NCBI GenBank assembly: GCA_965153285.1
Contig: OZ229126.1
Length of the DNA: 64,000 nucleotides
Strand: one strand, 5' to 3'
Source of the DNA: Podarcis tiliguerta
Lineage: Eukaryota
Shown here: positions 12,355-25,394 of the stretch, piece by piece
Layout: each line of letters opens with the position of its first letter
How positions within the stretch are numbered: position 1 is the stretch's first letter
Position numbers and translations under genes: made by a program
Notes under the pieces: model-generated
Seen by the model: the letters and a program-made list of their open reading frames with translations, nothing else
The model's database searches: none
What the model was told of the DNA's origin: nothing

Positions 12355-12893
12355 AATGTTGGACAAAAAAGACGCTCTTCTTCACACAGCACATAGTTAA
12401 CCTACGGCCACCAACTTTGATGTATTTAAAAGGGGATTACAGAAATTCTCGGGGGCTGTCAATAGCCACACAATGGCTATATATCTCCCAGACTATATCT
12501 TGCAAGCGTTTGAGCGCTTTATTTTGCTTTTGCTTTGCCATAGCTGGGGATATATTTTCCTCCTTTGGGAGCTGCCTGTGATGAGTGGAACTATATTAGG
12601 GAATGGAAGGATTGTGTTAATTGTTTAATTATACTTTGCTTTAAATTATTTTGTTTTTCATAGGTTATATTGCATAGTTTGCTATTTATAAGTCACTTTG
12701 AAATGATTGGATAAAGCTGCATATGAGCAATATTATCATCATTATTAATATTATTGATAGCAATTTGTTTTCAGTATCAGAAGTTGCATGCCTCTGAATA
12801 CCAGTTTCTGGGGGGTGTGATTGGTCACATGTCTTGCTTCTGAGCTTCCCAGAGGCACCTGATTGGCTAATGGTAGCGCAGAAAGCTAGACTA
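12355..12893 (+). mobile_element. Degenerate CR1 LINE 3' end (ORF2 end + 3'UTR), interrupted; continues at 13756-13795
   Basis: ttcttcacacagcacatagttaa..ggccaccaactttgatgtatttaaaaggggatta, then cagtatcagaagttgcatgcctctgaataccagtt and gcttcccagaggcacctgattggc; resumes gatgggcc after the L2 insertion. Confidence 0.65.
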
Positions 12894-13748
12894 TAATAAT
12901 AATAATAATTTATTATTTATACCCCGCCCATCTGGCTGGGTTTCCCCTGGCTGGGTTTCACCCTGCCAACAAAACACTAAAATACAATAATCTATTAAAC
13001 ATTAAAAGCTTCCCTAAACAGGGCTGCCTTTAGATGTCTTCTAAAAGTTTGGTAGTTATTTTTCTCTTTGACATCTGGTGGGAGGGCATTCCACAGGGCA
13101 GGTGCCACTACCGAGAAGGCCCTCTGCCTGGTTCCCTGTAACTTGGCCTCTCGCAGCGAGGGAACCGCCAGAAGGCCCTCGGCGCTGGACTCCAGTGTCC
13201 AGGCAGAACGATGGGGGTGGAGACGCTCCTTCAGGTATACTGGACCGAGGCCATTTAGGGCTTTAAAGGTCAGCACCAACACTTTGAATTGTGCTCGGAA
13301 ACGTACTGGGAGCCAGTGTAGGTCTTTCAAGACTGGTGTTATATGGTCTCGGCGGCCGCTCCCAGTCACCAGTCTAGCTGCCGCATTTTGGATTATTGGT
13401 TTCCGGGTCACCTTCAAAGGTAGCCCCACATAGAGCGCATTGCAGTAGTCCAAGCGAGAGATAACCAGAGCATGTACCACTCTGATGAGACAGTCCGTGG
13501 GCTGGTAGGGTCTCAGCCTGCGTACCAGATGGAGTTGATAAACAGCTGTCCTGGACACAGAATTGACCTGCGCCTCCATGGACAGCTGTGAGTCCAGAAT
13601 GACTCCCAGGCTGCGCACCTGGTCCTTCAGGGGCACAGTTACCCCATTCAGGACCAGGCAGTCCTCCACACCTGCCTGCCTCCTGTCCCCCCAAAACAGT
13701 ACTTTCGTCTTGTCAGGATTCAACCTCAATCTGTTAGCCGCCATCTGT
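12894..13748 (-). mobile_element. L2 LINE, 5'-truncated, encoding the ORF2 C-terminal region (ORF 12995-13744)
   Basis: Translation has L2 hallmarks LNPDKT, LGVILDSQL, HALVISRLDYCNALY, QNAAARLVTG, HITPVLKDLHWLPV, RAFSVVAPALWNALP, HLKAALFREAF; (TAA)n 3' tail; 7-bp TSD tagacta (12887-12893/13749-13755). Confidence 0.95.
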
Positions 13749-15091
13749 TAGACTAGATGGGCCTTGCGTCAAATCCACCAGAGTTTTGCTTATGGACCCC
13801 TTTTTAATAAAAAACGTGATTGATAATTTGTTGATTGATAATGAGGTGTTGTTGTGGTTGTTCCTAGTTTAATCTTAAGTAAACCCAAGAGCTGATTTGA
13901 TGAGAGCCTGGTTCTTGCTTCTAAAATCTGAAATGGTGCCCCTGCATATTCTGCTTCCAGTGTCATTCAAAGGTGGTCTGTCAGTTATTAATTTAATTTT
14001 AAGATCTAATTGAACTTTAATGAATGAAGTTGGGTCTTTTTCTACTTTGACAGGCTGACTTGAATTCGAAATATGACCTGGGATTTTGCATAGGTCTCGC
14101 ATCTATAGCACTGTCTTGCAGGGAAATGTTTCCAAAGTCCTTAAAGCATTGCTGGGAAAATCTGAAGACATTTTTCATTGAATAAGGGAGCTCCATGAAT
14201 GTTAGAATTAACTAACTAACCAACTAACTCTTTATTCCTTGCTATAAAATATTTCAACTAAACTTGCAAAGGCTAATTTACAATCTGAAATTATGTGAGT
14301 GCTGACTGAGAGGGTAGCTTTTCAGTCATGGCCCACCAAAGAAGGGCTTACCTTGTGGCACCAACTATACAGCGTTTATTCTCCTAGACATTTCATCATG
14401 TAAAGTGTGAGTTGGTTTTAACGCTGGTCTTGTCTGTTCAACTTGGATTTCTATTTTTTTAGTGTTGTCTTTTATTGTTCTGTGTCACCTTTAGTTCAGA
14501 TTTTATACATTGCTTTAGCATTTTGTTTGTACGCTTGCTTTCCCTGACCGTTTTTTCTCCAGATTACTGAAGGGCAATCTGGACACTCCATAAATAAATA
14601 AATAAATAAATAGACAGACAGACAGACAGAATGGGCTGAGGAATGTGCACCATCATAATTGGCATGTTATCTGATCATTTACTTAATAAATATTTCGGTA
14701 CTGCTAAATCAAGAAGAATGGAGCTCTTCTCAAAATGGTGCGTGTAATAAAATCAATATAGCATTTTAAAAAATCAAATGTAAAAACAAAAAGATAATTG
14801 TTATGGAGAAGGAAAGGACAGGGATACAAAGCCACCCCCCTAAACTTTTAACTGTCTTCCCTTGCCTTGGAGATGCATGGAAGTTGTCATTTTGTGAAGA
14901 TGCTGAATACTTTCTATTAGAAATCTGCAGAATGGCTCTTCTCACTGGTATAATGAAGAGGAACATGGCTGGGGGGGGGGGCGCAAAGCATAGTTTCAGT
15001 GCTTGCTTTCATTGCAGAACCAACCGGGTCATCTATTGGAGCAGTATTTGTCAGCATTGTAACTTGGGACCTGGAGGACAGGCACAGAAGG

Positions 15092-15208
15092 TGGTAGTCA
15101 ACTGAGCTTTACTCAGAGTAGGTCCATTGAAATAAATGAACACGACTAAGTTAGGTCCATTAATTTCAGTGGGTCTACCCTCACTAAAACGTAGTTGAAT
15201 ACATCCCA
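15092..15208. mobile_element. Short palindromic MITE (related copies ~24360-24470, ~57262-57355)
   Basis: tactcagagtaggtccattgaaat ... atttcagtgggtctaccctcacta imperfect palindrome, recurring in the window. Confidence 0.55.
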
Positions 15209-15224
15209 TGATCTCTTTGTTAGG

Positions 15225-15310
15225 TAAGGTAGGCTCAGATAGTCATAGGCCCAGGGTCACCCAGTGAGCTTCATGGCTAATCTGGGATGTGAACTCAGGT
15301 TTCCCTTGGC
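15225..15310 (-). mobile_element. MIR/CORE-like SINE remnant
   Basis: aggctcagatagtcataggcccagggtcacccagtgagcttcatggct..gaactcagg resembles reverse CORE-SINE sequence. Confidence 0.5.
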
Positions 15311-16146
15311 TGCATTTTTGTCCTCTCCTTGGAGACGTGTCTATGAGGGCTGTCACAATGAGCTCCTCTTCCTCAAAATTTACCACTACGCCACTATTTT
15401 TGGTCCTTTGTTGGAGAGAACAGAACAGTCCTTTGCCTTGAAAAATAGCTCAGTCGCACTTCAGTCCAATGGATAGGGATCAGTTTTGTGACTAGTGATT
15501 GCTTTCTGCTCCAGCTTGGGGGCACTGTAACTTATTCATTAAATTGTCTCCTGTCCCTCACTCCTGCTACCTCCACAAATGACCACCAGTCCATGGTGCC
15601 ACTGAGAAACAACCACAATGGGTGAGTCACGGTATCAAAAGCTTCAGGTATTCCAGCTCACTTTGCCAGCTTTTCCCCCAGGCTCCGTGTCTTGTCTACA
15701 AGTTATTCTTGATGTGTTCTAAGTAATGACACACCGTTCGGAAACCAACGAATCGTGAATCAAAGCTCATGGTTACTTTCATAAAAGAGACATTAGAAAC
15801 CCAAAACATAAAGATCATTTTATCTTTATTAACAGTTTAATGCATATGAGAAAGCTATTTGACATTTTTTACACCTCAAACTCTTTTCTTCATGCATTGC
15901 TGAGCAGACTGCACCAGAATTCATCCACTTAAATCCATTTAATAACTCAGTAGATTCTCTGTCAGGCTATGAGTTGATGCCAGTATATGGCTTTACTTAA
16001 GTGCTCAAGCACCCCATCCAAACCTTGCATTGCATTTGAACATTACTGTTACGGTAATAATGAAATTGTAATTGGGGTCACCATTAGACCGATACAAAAG
16101 TTTCCAAACCTGTTATTTGTTAACATTTTTGTTGTTTCAAACACTA

Positions 16147-16282
16147 GCCCAGTATTAAGGAACCTGTGGCCAGGTGTTGATGAACTCCAGTTCCCCTCAC
16201 CCTGGTCATTGGCCATGCATGATTGGGGCTAACAGGAGTTGATGTCTGACAACATCTGGAGGAAGATTGGTTCACCTTCATG
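16147..16282. mobile_element. Degenerate short hAT MITE (related copy ~19428-19550)
   Basis: ggaacctgtggcc..gtgttg..actccagttccc..cattggccatgc..ggagttgatgtc..caacatctggagg palindromic layout typical of a common squamate MITE. Confidence 0.55.
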
Positions 16283-16483
16283 ATAGAGTGATAGGAACAG
16301 CAATAGAGGAGCATCCTTTAAATTAAAGGGTGGGGTACTAGGAAGAAGGGAGGATGTGTCTCTGTGTATAATCCTTCCCAGAAGGGCCTGAGCTGGGTTT
16401 GGCCCCCTCAGCCATGGCCAAGATTTAGCAGCCCACTTAATTTGTCCCATGGAACAATGTGACCTGTTAAGAACTACACTCAC

Positions 16484-16538
16484 CTTCCAGATGTTGCCTG
16501 GGAGCCTTGTCTTTGTACTCTAGACTGAGAAATCTAGA
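16484..16538 (-). other. Candidate 55-nt internal exon of an unidentified minus-strand transcript
   Basis: Minus strand ttctgtctctttgttacag|TCTAGA...CTGGAAG|gtgagt: pyrimidine-rich acceptor and consensus donor; one open frame SRFLSLEYKDKAPRQHLE with no recognisable homology. Confidence 0.35.
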
Positions 16539-19500
16539 CTGTAACAAAGAGACAGAACCCAGGTGGCGGCATAGAAGCTTGCCATTATGATGGGTCTTAG
16601 ATGGAATGAAATTAAGCTCCGTATTTTGCTGGGAATCCACCAACATAAGCGTACTGAGAGAGGCTGGGCCAACCAGCGTCCAAAATGGTGGATTTGCCTT
16701 CCAAAACATGCTAAGGCTTTACTTTTTCCCATTTGAAGTGGATTAGGAAAAAGGAGTTAAGCCAGGTCCTTTCTCTTTGGAATTCCGTATATTTGGGAGG
16801 AGCAGGAATTCCATTTATTTTGTGGATATAGGGCAGTATACTAATATGATGATGATGATGAGCCTTGGTTACTTTGGTTTTTTTAAAAAAAGTTTTAATT
16901 AAATTTTTGAATTTAATAAAATTTAACAAAATATATCAAAAAAAATAAGCCATGGTTGTTAGTTTATAAACCTTGGCCTGTGTCAGTCATGGCTTTGGCA
17001 TTGCATGATGTGTGAATGTGGCTAAGGTTATGGCCAGCTATCCATTCAACTCGGGAAGCTAGAGTAATCATGAGCTTAAACAAAAGGAACTTGTCAAAGC
17101 TCAGCAACTTCAATGATCCTCCTTGATTTCTCAATTACAGGAAAGGGAGTGTGAATGAGACAGATGTGACTTTAGCTGAGATAAATGTGTCTTAAGCACT
17201 TCCTTGCATCACTTCGGTTTGACTTTAAGCAGGATCCCATTCATGACCCAAGCACAACAGCAGAGAGATGCAACCCATCCTAAATGTATACTGGCTGAAT
17301 TGCCATTCATAGTCATGAAGAAGAATTCAGCATCTCTTTTGCTTCAGCAAGTTGCCCACATGAGGCATCTCACGCTTTTAGCACCGAAACTGATAACATA
17401 GTTGTTACTTTAGTTTCATGCTAGGGGTATTCCCTGATTTTCCTTGGCACCAGACAGATTTCAAGCTGAAGGAGCACAGCAAGGAATCCGTTTTTCAGAT
17501 CTGCAAGACAAGCTTCTTTTTTTCTGAATGGGCACCCTCTTTTTCATAAATGTACATGGAAAAAACTCGTAATGTCTCGATTTCAAATGCCTCTTTGGGA
17601 GTTTGTTTATTCAAATAAAAGCCTTACAAATTATTAGCATGAAAAAACTCCACCACTTTGCATTTTCTGGGATGTGTTATCCTATTAGGCAAAGTATCGT
17701 TCTGTATGTTTATAACTTACACAATTACTGTTCTTGATTAACAACTAAAACTGATGAGTTGGCCTTTCACGAAGCCGTAAGCAAAGTCAGCCATGCAGAA
17801 AATATAAGGGAAGGGAAAACAATTAAAAGTTATTTTAGTTGTTATGTTGGAGTTGATTGTTGTATTTACATATTTCTCCCCCTCCCCAATAAAACATGAA
17901 AATCTTTGTTGCGTACAAAGTGCTGTTTTATCAATGGCGTTATTTCACAGTAACATTAGAAATTTCAGATTTATTACATTCATTTTGGATTAGCAAGCAT
18001 CATGTGTGTGATGTATTAAAGAATAGATTAAATTCGTGCAATACATAAATTTAGTACCACATAGTATGACTGTCTCTAGTCTTCACAAGTGCAGAATTAA
18101 CAGGGCAAATAAGCAGCAGCCGTCATTGTTCGCCTGGCAGAATGAGGATGCCCGTGGAACCACTCCAGCAAGAACAAAATTTATGAAATGAGTTACACAG
18201 TTTTGCAAACCTGCAACTGGAATATTCAAAACATACCATAGGAATGATTAATCACATCAACAAAAGGACAGCGAGTGTTTTGCAAATGCTATTACACAGT
18301 ACTGGTGTTCTAAAAACACTTAATTCTGCAGAGGGTTATAAATTGGTGCTCAAGTTTAATGGGATTTAAAGAACCAACCAACTTCTTCTCATTTAAATTT
18401 TTATTGATTATCTTGCAAAGGTGATATAACACACTGAAAATCATCTCAGCATCAGCATGTGCTTCCTGCTAAATAAACCTGTGGCAGGGAAGGCAGTTGC
18501 TCCTATCAACAGGGTGTTAATTGGCAAGTGAATTGGTCTTGGGGTTCAATCAGAAGACCAGGATTCTGTCCTTTGCTGTCTTGACGGTGTCCTCTAGCAG
18601 GACTTTTCAGCATAATATGTGCGCCACTGTTCTATTGGCAAGAGGCAAGAATTAATCCTCCCCCAGGCAGAAATGTGGATGGGATTTACACCCCTCCTTC
18701 CAAGCAACTGGACTGAGAGGTCCTGAAATGGGAAATCTAGGTCCCCCTGATAAGGGGGACAGATTGGTTTTCTGCCTTTGGGTAGGTGTCGGTCTCTTGT
18801 AGAACCTGACACATTTTGGAATAAGGACAGTGGATGCATCCAAACTTGCTACTGTTTTGTGGGAGGGATTTGTGTGCATGCTGGAAATCTTTTCCCCGTC
18901 TAAATTGCTCTTTCAAAGCTGCTCTTAGTCCTGTCTATGACTGAAAAAATATGGGTATATGTTAATCCTAAAAAGTCTGAGCTGCATTTACTTTGGTGGT
19001 ATTTTTTCTCAAGCATGAGAGAGATTGCAACCTTAGCCCAATAAAATGTGCTCAACATAGCAACCGTCATTGTATTTAACTTCAATTTATTTTAAAATTT
19101 ATTCTAAATATAACTAATAGATTACAAGAATGTGGCCACCAATGTTTGAACAGTCTCCCAGGGACTGCAGGCTCTTCGGCTTGGCTTCCGCAACAGGAAG
19201 TCATTAAATCAGAGATGGGAGGGCTCTCAATGGTCATTCCTGTCAATCTAGGAAATCCACCACAGTAGCCTCAACCTTTTGAAGTTGTCGAAAGTTTCAT
19301 TCATTTTGGCCGTGCAGGTTCAAGGACAGCCGGCTGAAATACAGGGAGATGAATAAAGGAAGGGTTTTCTCAAAGGTTGAACCTTGAGAAAGCCAGAAAA
19401 GGCAATTTGATAAGGAATGGTCTAACACAGCCTTCCTCAACATGGCGTCCTCTGGATGTTTTGGACTCTGCTCCTATCATTGATCATGCTAGTCTAGGGG

Positions 19501-19829
19501 TTGAGGGTTGCCGTCTAAAAGAACTGCAGAGCATCAGGTAAGGGCAAAATGCCCTAGGGTGCATATTCTTAAGAATCCATGCTGGTTAGTAGCAAGCAAG
19601 CACCTGGTTTTCTTAGAGCTGCGAAAGAATAGATCCTTTGTAAGCTGCTCTAAGCATGTAAGTGATTATGAGTTTACCACTCAATAATTCCTCTTGTTGA
19701 CTCTTCTGTCCTCCAGTACTAAACTGTCTTCCTTTCTTAACCAAGTGGCCTGCCTCCCTCCACCTTGCTTAGGGTGGGGCCTGACAGGCTCCATTAAGGA
19801 CTGCTGCTGGACAGAGAGGGCTCCTTTGT

Positions 19830-20066
19830 TAATATTGTTTTTATTTTTTATCTATGTCATTTTATATTGTTTTTGATATTAATGTTGTATTTTTGTTTTA
19901 GATTTTATGATTTATGTGGAAATTGTTGTCCATTTGGTTGTGTACCTTTTGATGTGTTTTATTTATTGTTTATGACTTCTGCTATGTTGGTAATTATGTA
20001 AATCTTGTCATGTTGTAAGCTGCCTTGAGCATTGTTTTAACTATGGAAAGGCGAAATAAAATGATG
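19830..20066 (+). mobile_element. LINE (L2-like) 3' UTR/tail; second copy at ~40850-41050
   Basis: Both copies share tttattgtttatgact..tgctatgtt.gtaatt and tgtaagc.gccttgagcat.gttttaactatggaaag..aataaaatga. Confidence 0.6.
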
Positions 20067-20759
20067 GTGATGGTCGTGGTTACCACTTAGATCGCAAATG
20101 ACTTGGAATTAAATCCCACTGTTTCAAACAGAGCTTTTGTCTGAACAAATCAATATATTTAAGACCACCACCTCTTTGACTGGGTTGTTAATAGGAGCCT
20201 AACTTGGACGAGCCCTGCTGTCTGTTGTGCGTTGGATTAGAAATTGTTGGATATTATGCCTTAGATATTGCATCCTGAGCTGCATTTCTGCACCTGTCTG
20301 AAAGCGACGGTGACCTCAGACTGCTGCTGAAAAGGGATTTCTCCATTCCTGCCATGCTTAATCAAATTTGGGCCGGAATGAAAAGCTAAATTTCCACTGG
20401 GCATTCAATATGTTTAGGACTATCAAAAGGCTTTGCAGTGTCAGATCGAGTGTGTTTCATGGTAATATTTTGTTTTAAATTCTGGTAGTTTGCCTCCCAG
20501 CCTCCTTTGACAGTTCACAGTATCGTGGACTTTGCATAGGTAATTGTATTGCCATTTTTTTTATTGTGTACATGCGTGAATAATAGAACAAATTTAACAG
20601 TGCCTGCTGTCTCCTATGACCCGCTGGAAATGAAATGTGCCATCTCAAGGGTTTTATACCAGAATACATTTTTTCCCCTTTTTGTATTAACAAATGCAGA
20701 CTCGCTTGAAGAAACACAGTATTTAGGCTTGAATTCTAGTCATGATTTAATGGCATGTT

Positions 20760-20760
<1 letters not shown>

Positions 20761-20798
<38 letters not shown>
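20761..20798. repeat. (CA)n microsatellite
   Basis: About 19 perfect CA units. Confidence 0.95.
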
Positions 20799-20803
<5 letters not shown>

Positions 20804-21244
20804 GGGATACAGATCTCACATCTATTGTATGGAGGAAAAATTAAGGAATGTTTACATCACATAGAAGTGATAGCTCTCAGCACACCCAAGGTTCATCTGT
20901 TCATCTGTTTGGTATCAGGGATACCAAAAAAGCTGCTGTGTGCCTATGTTGATTTTATTTATAGCAAAAAAAAAAAAAAAAAGCCATCTTGTTTGATGAA
21001 GGGCTCAATAAGCTTTAGTGATTAAAAAATAAATACATCTGATTTGAGAAAGAAGTGCTTGCTTCTTCAGCATGAGAATTGCCTTGCTGGAAGAGATTGT
21101 TCTAAGGTTCATGTAGCCCAAGAGTGCATTTTGAAGAGTAGTTAGCTTGATCGTTCTGGGAATTCAGGGAAGGCATTAAGGTGTAAGGGCCATCCACTGT
21201 CATCTGTGCTGCCTCTGTGAGTAGCTGTCAACAGCAGTAGTAGT

Positions 21245-21563
21245 CAGTGGCATAGCGTGGGTTACCGGCACCTGGGGCTGTGCGGAAGGGTGGGTGGGAA
21301 AGAGGGAAATGGATGGAGTACATATGCACATTCAATTACCTAACGGCATCCGCATCACTGAGGACATTGCAGCCACAGCGATAAGATTCCTTCTGTTGTC
21401 TGGAGATGTCACTTCCTGATTCACATGGAGAAGCTGTTTTCGATGGAGCCCAGTGATGGAAGTGCACAACTGTATTGAGGCAGCACCAGGTGTTGAAATT
21501 CTACACCCCCTAACAATTTTCCACCTGGGCAACTGCCCCCTAGTTTCCCATGCTACGCCACTG
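21245..21563. mobile_element. hAT MITE
   Basis: TIR cagtggcatagc/gctacgccactg; 8-bp TSD gtagtagt (21237-21244)/gtagcagt (21564-21571). Confidence 0.8.
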
Positions 21564-21599
21564 GTAGCAGTAGTAGCAACAGCAACAGCAGTGATAGCA

Positions 21600-21777
21600 T
21601 TTGAATAACACTTTCAAGTGTTCAAAGCACTTCACATATATTACCTACTTGTAATCTGTACAACCGGTCTTGTACGGTAAGTCAATATTAACACACACAC
21701 CAATTATTGCAGATTGGAAGCTCAGGCCTAGAGAAAGTAGCTTCTCAAATGTCACCTAGTGAGTTCATGGCAGAACC
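21600..21777 (-). mobile_element. MIR/CORE-like SINE remnant
   Basis: aaagcacttcacatatatt..ttgcagattggaagctcaggcctagaga..gtcacctagtgagttcatggcaga matches the reverse CORE-SINE layout. Confidence 0.6.
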
Positions 21778-24745
21778 ACACTTACCTTTTGCCGTTCTCT
21801 TTCCAGGCACATGCTTAAAATTGTGTGTTTTGTTTTTTTGCCCCTGAGCTTTCCCCGTGAAAACCCACTCTTTAGCACTCAAGCATAGAGCAAACGTCAA
21901 TTTGTGTTTTCCGTGGATTTAAAGCTCAAAGCACGGACCAGGCCTGGAAAGAGTGAAGGGAAGTGTGGATAAGCTCTTAGCTAGTCTCTTAGCCACGACA
22001 CTCTGCCCGATCTCAATGAAGTTGTGCAACCCCTTTTTAAATAGCCAATTGTCTATAAATTAAGGAACATACAGTAACACACTATTGTTTCAAGTGCTAA
22101 TTGACCAGGAATCACTATGAATGAACACTCAGTTCAACGCCCACTGGAATAATGATCTGGTGTTGACAATAGCCACCTAGTTGTAAGTGCCAAAGTTGCC
22201 TTTTGGTATTATAGTAAAATGCAATGTTCCTCATGCAAAAGAATTTTGTCTTTGAAAGAATTTTTGTCTTTGTGAGAGACGTTGTAAATCAAGGGAGAAA
22301 TGCATGTTGCATTGTAGTCAGCCTTACCATTGATTTTAATGGGTTTGTGTTGCCTTGTTCCCTGTGGACGAAGCCTGGGTGTGATACGCAGTTATCGCTG
22401 TCCAAAGAAGTGTTGGTTTTCCTGCTCTCTCTTCTCCTTGGCTTTTCTTTCAGACCTGATCAATATTCAAGAGGTTGTGTGCCTCTGATGTTCCCAGGCA
22501 GGGACGCTAAACTTATTACACTTTTCACCTTTTATAGTCATCTAATCAGAATTATTTTTTAGTCAATGATTTGAAAACCCTCATCCCAGAAGTGGGCAAG
22601 TCGCTGAGCCAAACAGTCCCCTGCCTTCTGGTTTTATTTATCACCCTTTGTCATTAGGGCATGCTGGGCACGTAGAGACAAGAAAGAAGAGAGACTTCCA
22701 GGGATTGGGGGGGTTGGGGAAATGATTTTGCATAATAGAAATAAAAGTATTAATCTGTCATATGGTAAACAGGGATATGCTGTCTTGGTGAGGCTTAAAA
22801 TAGCCACTTATGCATGTAAAATTTGGGAAGACTCAAGTCATTGATCAGAATTCACAAATATATGAAGTAAAGAGAAGCATCTGACTCCATCATGACTTCT
22901 TTGGGTGCAGTTCAATGTTGAATGTTCTTGACCATTGATTCCAGAGGGGTTAAACTTGTTTAACTCATTTGATAATTCCACCTTCTGTCCAAACTCTAAT
23001 TTAGGCCATGTATGTGTGGAAACTGTTAGCTTTCATTGTATACTTTGGAAGCCAATTATACTGGTGGGCAGAAGGTAGATATTGGGATCTACTGGTAAAT
23101 CTCTCAGTGATTTACCGTAGATCACAAAGTGTTCCAATTCCTAATTGTTTAACTGCTAAACTTTAACAGTGGCAGCAGCAACAACCAGCAGGCTTCTCCC
23201 CTTTTAAATGAGGCTGCTGAAATAAAGAAAGTTTTGAAATGAACCCTTTTTTGACTCACCTCATGTTAACAGCCAGTGAAGTGCTTTAGATTGCCCTTGC
23301 AGATGTGAAACTCTTTTGACAGGAGATGACATGGGAAAGTTCTAATGAAGTGTACCATCATGTTGAAATATTGTGACATCACAATCCTGGCTACGTTGTC
23401 TGTTGAGCCTTGGTTTCTCATTCACAGGTGTTGTTTCTCCACACAGGTATTGGGAATGTAAAATCTATTTCATAAATCTGTTATAACTACTGTACTTGCA
23501 TCTCTAATGGGCATGTTGCCCTGGTTGAATACGCATTGGCTCCCCATTAAACGGAGCCATTGGTTTTGAGCCTTTGAGGGAGTCTCAGTGAGGATGCTTC
23601 CTCCCCGGTTGAACCCATGACCCTGAGATGATGCGGGTAAGAGTCTCTGCCTGTATCTCCCCCTCCCCCTTTCTAATTAAACATTAGGACTAGACAAGGC
23701 CCCTGATTTGGTTCATGGCCAAACTGGCCCTATCAGGATCACTACATTGGACCCCAAACCAAATCAGGGAGATAGCTCACATTTTGATTGAGTTTCTAAA
23801 CCCAAAGCATAACTTACATGTTTACTTTCAATATGTGAATTTGTGCAAAATTTGATACAGCCACCTAGCGAGTTTCTTTGTCTCTCCCTACTTTGTACAA
23901 ACAAATGTGTGCTGTTGATCTGCTTGTTTTTTCTTCAACTACTGAAATGGATTACTTGTTTCTATAGCTGGGTCATTAGTCTTGGACTACTCAGTTATCA
24001 CATTATTTCTTTTCACCCAATTTGCACAGGACTTGGAGCCACAGTGCTCCTTTGGAGACAGACATGGTGTCTACACAACTCAACACAACCCCTTGTGCCA
24101 CTTGCCCATTCCAAGTCAGATTATGTCTCATTAATTGGACATTCCAGAATCATGTGCTTGCATAAGCTATATGTAAATGAGCTTAGCCTTAATGTGTCTG
24201 TTAATGAAAAAGATTCACTAGGAAATTAAAGAAGGGTTTATTTAACTTAGTTTAATTTAAAGGCCACTTAACACACTGAGCATTAATGATGCAGTCTACG
24301 GTAAATGTATCTCCTCTGTTTGCCAGCATGACTGCAGCGGGGGCTGCATTGCGCACATGGGGTTGAATCCAAAAAACTACTCAGAGTAAATCCATTGAAA
24401 TGAATGGACCTAAGTTAGTCATGTTTATTAATTTCAACGAGTCTACTCTTGAGTATGACTAGCACTGGATAGAAAAAGAAATAGAAAATTGTCTAGGGTA
24501 GAGGTACACCAGTCACCTGATAAAGATAATATTAAGATAATGATTTTGTTTTCCCAGTCTTAAAGAAGAAAGAGGCCACATTTGAACTGAATCTTTTGAT
24601 TATTTTGACCACCTTATTTTTTGCTGCTTTTCTCAATGGTTCCATTTTGCTTAGACTCTGAGTCTGGATAGAATAAGTTGCATGGTTTGAGGAATCTATG
24701 CTTCCAGGTGCCATAAGAAAGCTGCAGAGATAGCGCAGGATAGTG

Positions 24746-25055
24746 TGCACACCGGAAATGATCTCTTTCAGCTTCTGCCTTCTGGAAGAAGGTACAGGGT
24801 TATAAAGACTAGGACTAGCCGTCTGAGAAACAGTTTCTATCCAAATGTGATTTTGGTTTTAAACACAGTGTATGGTAGTCTCTATGAGAGTATATTGTAT
24901 TTAATTATGGGGTATCAGAGTTTTTAGGGGGCTAACCAGGCTGTGATAGCTGGGATAACAGGCATGTTGGTTTTTGAATGTCTGATGTAGATTTTTTCAA
25001 TTTTGTTGGTCTGTATGGGACAATGACAATAAAGATTGTCGTATTGTATCGTATC
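24746..25055 (+). mobile_element. Rex1/Babar LINE 3' fragment
   Basis: Translation HTGNDLFQLLPSGRRYRVIKTRTSRLRNSFYP is the characteristic Rex1/Babar C-terminal motif; followed by aatgacaataaag and a short gtatc/gtatt tandem tail. Confidence 0.85.
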
Positions 25056-25221
25056 ATCCTAAGAGCTCTGCAGACAATTTTAATACATTTGTATTCCTGG
25101 GTCACTATGTCCAGTTGTATAGAAATTATTTGAAAAGTAAAAGATCACAAAAAATGTGACTGGGTGAGGTAAGAGGAAGGTTCAGAAAATTCCACACATT
25201 CAGAATGTTTGTGATGATGGA

Positions 25222-25394
25222 CAGTGCTTTTTTCTGTGGGAACGCAGGGCTACACATATCCCTAAACATTTTGTGAATCTTTGTACTTTTGTCCATTTAC
25301 TGTATTTATTTTTCCCGATTTGAACTATAAAATTGTGATTTTCTTGAGTCAAAATGAGAGTACCCCTAAACATTTTTAAAGTAAAAAAGCACTG
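25222..25394. mobile_element. hAT MITE
   Basis: Perfect 12-bp TIR cagtgctttttt/aaaaaagcactg; TSD atgatgga/atgatggg; internal direct repeat ccctaaacatttt. Confidence 0.85.

Noticed and set aside
12995-13744. 249-aa ORF as a host gene
   Set aside because: It is the C-terminus of L2 ORF2 in a 5'-truncated copy; the start Met is an internal codon at the truncation point.
17751-17790. CTGATGAG...CGAA resembling a hammerhead ribozyme core
   Set aside because: Stem II has only 2 bp, the motif reads GAAG instead of GAAA, and no stems I/III with a UH cleavage site can be built.
20549-21025. 158-aa ORF
   Set aside because: Runs through a (CA)n microsatellite and a poly-A run; no protein-like features or splice support.
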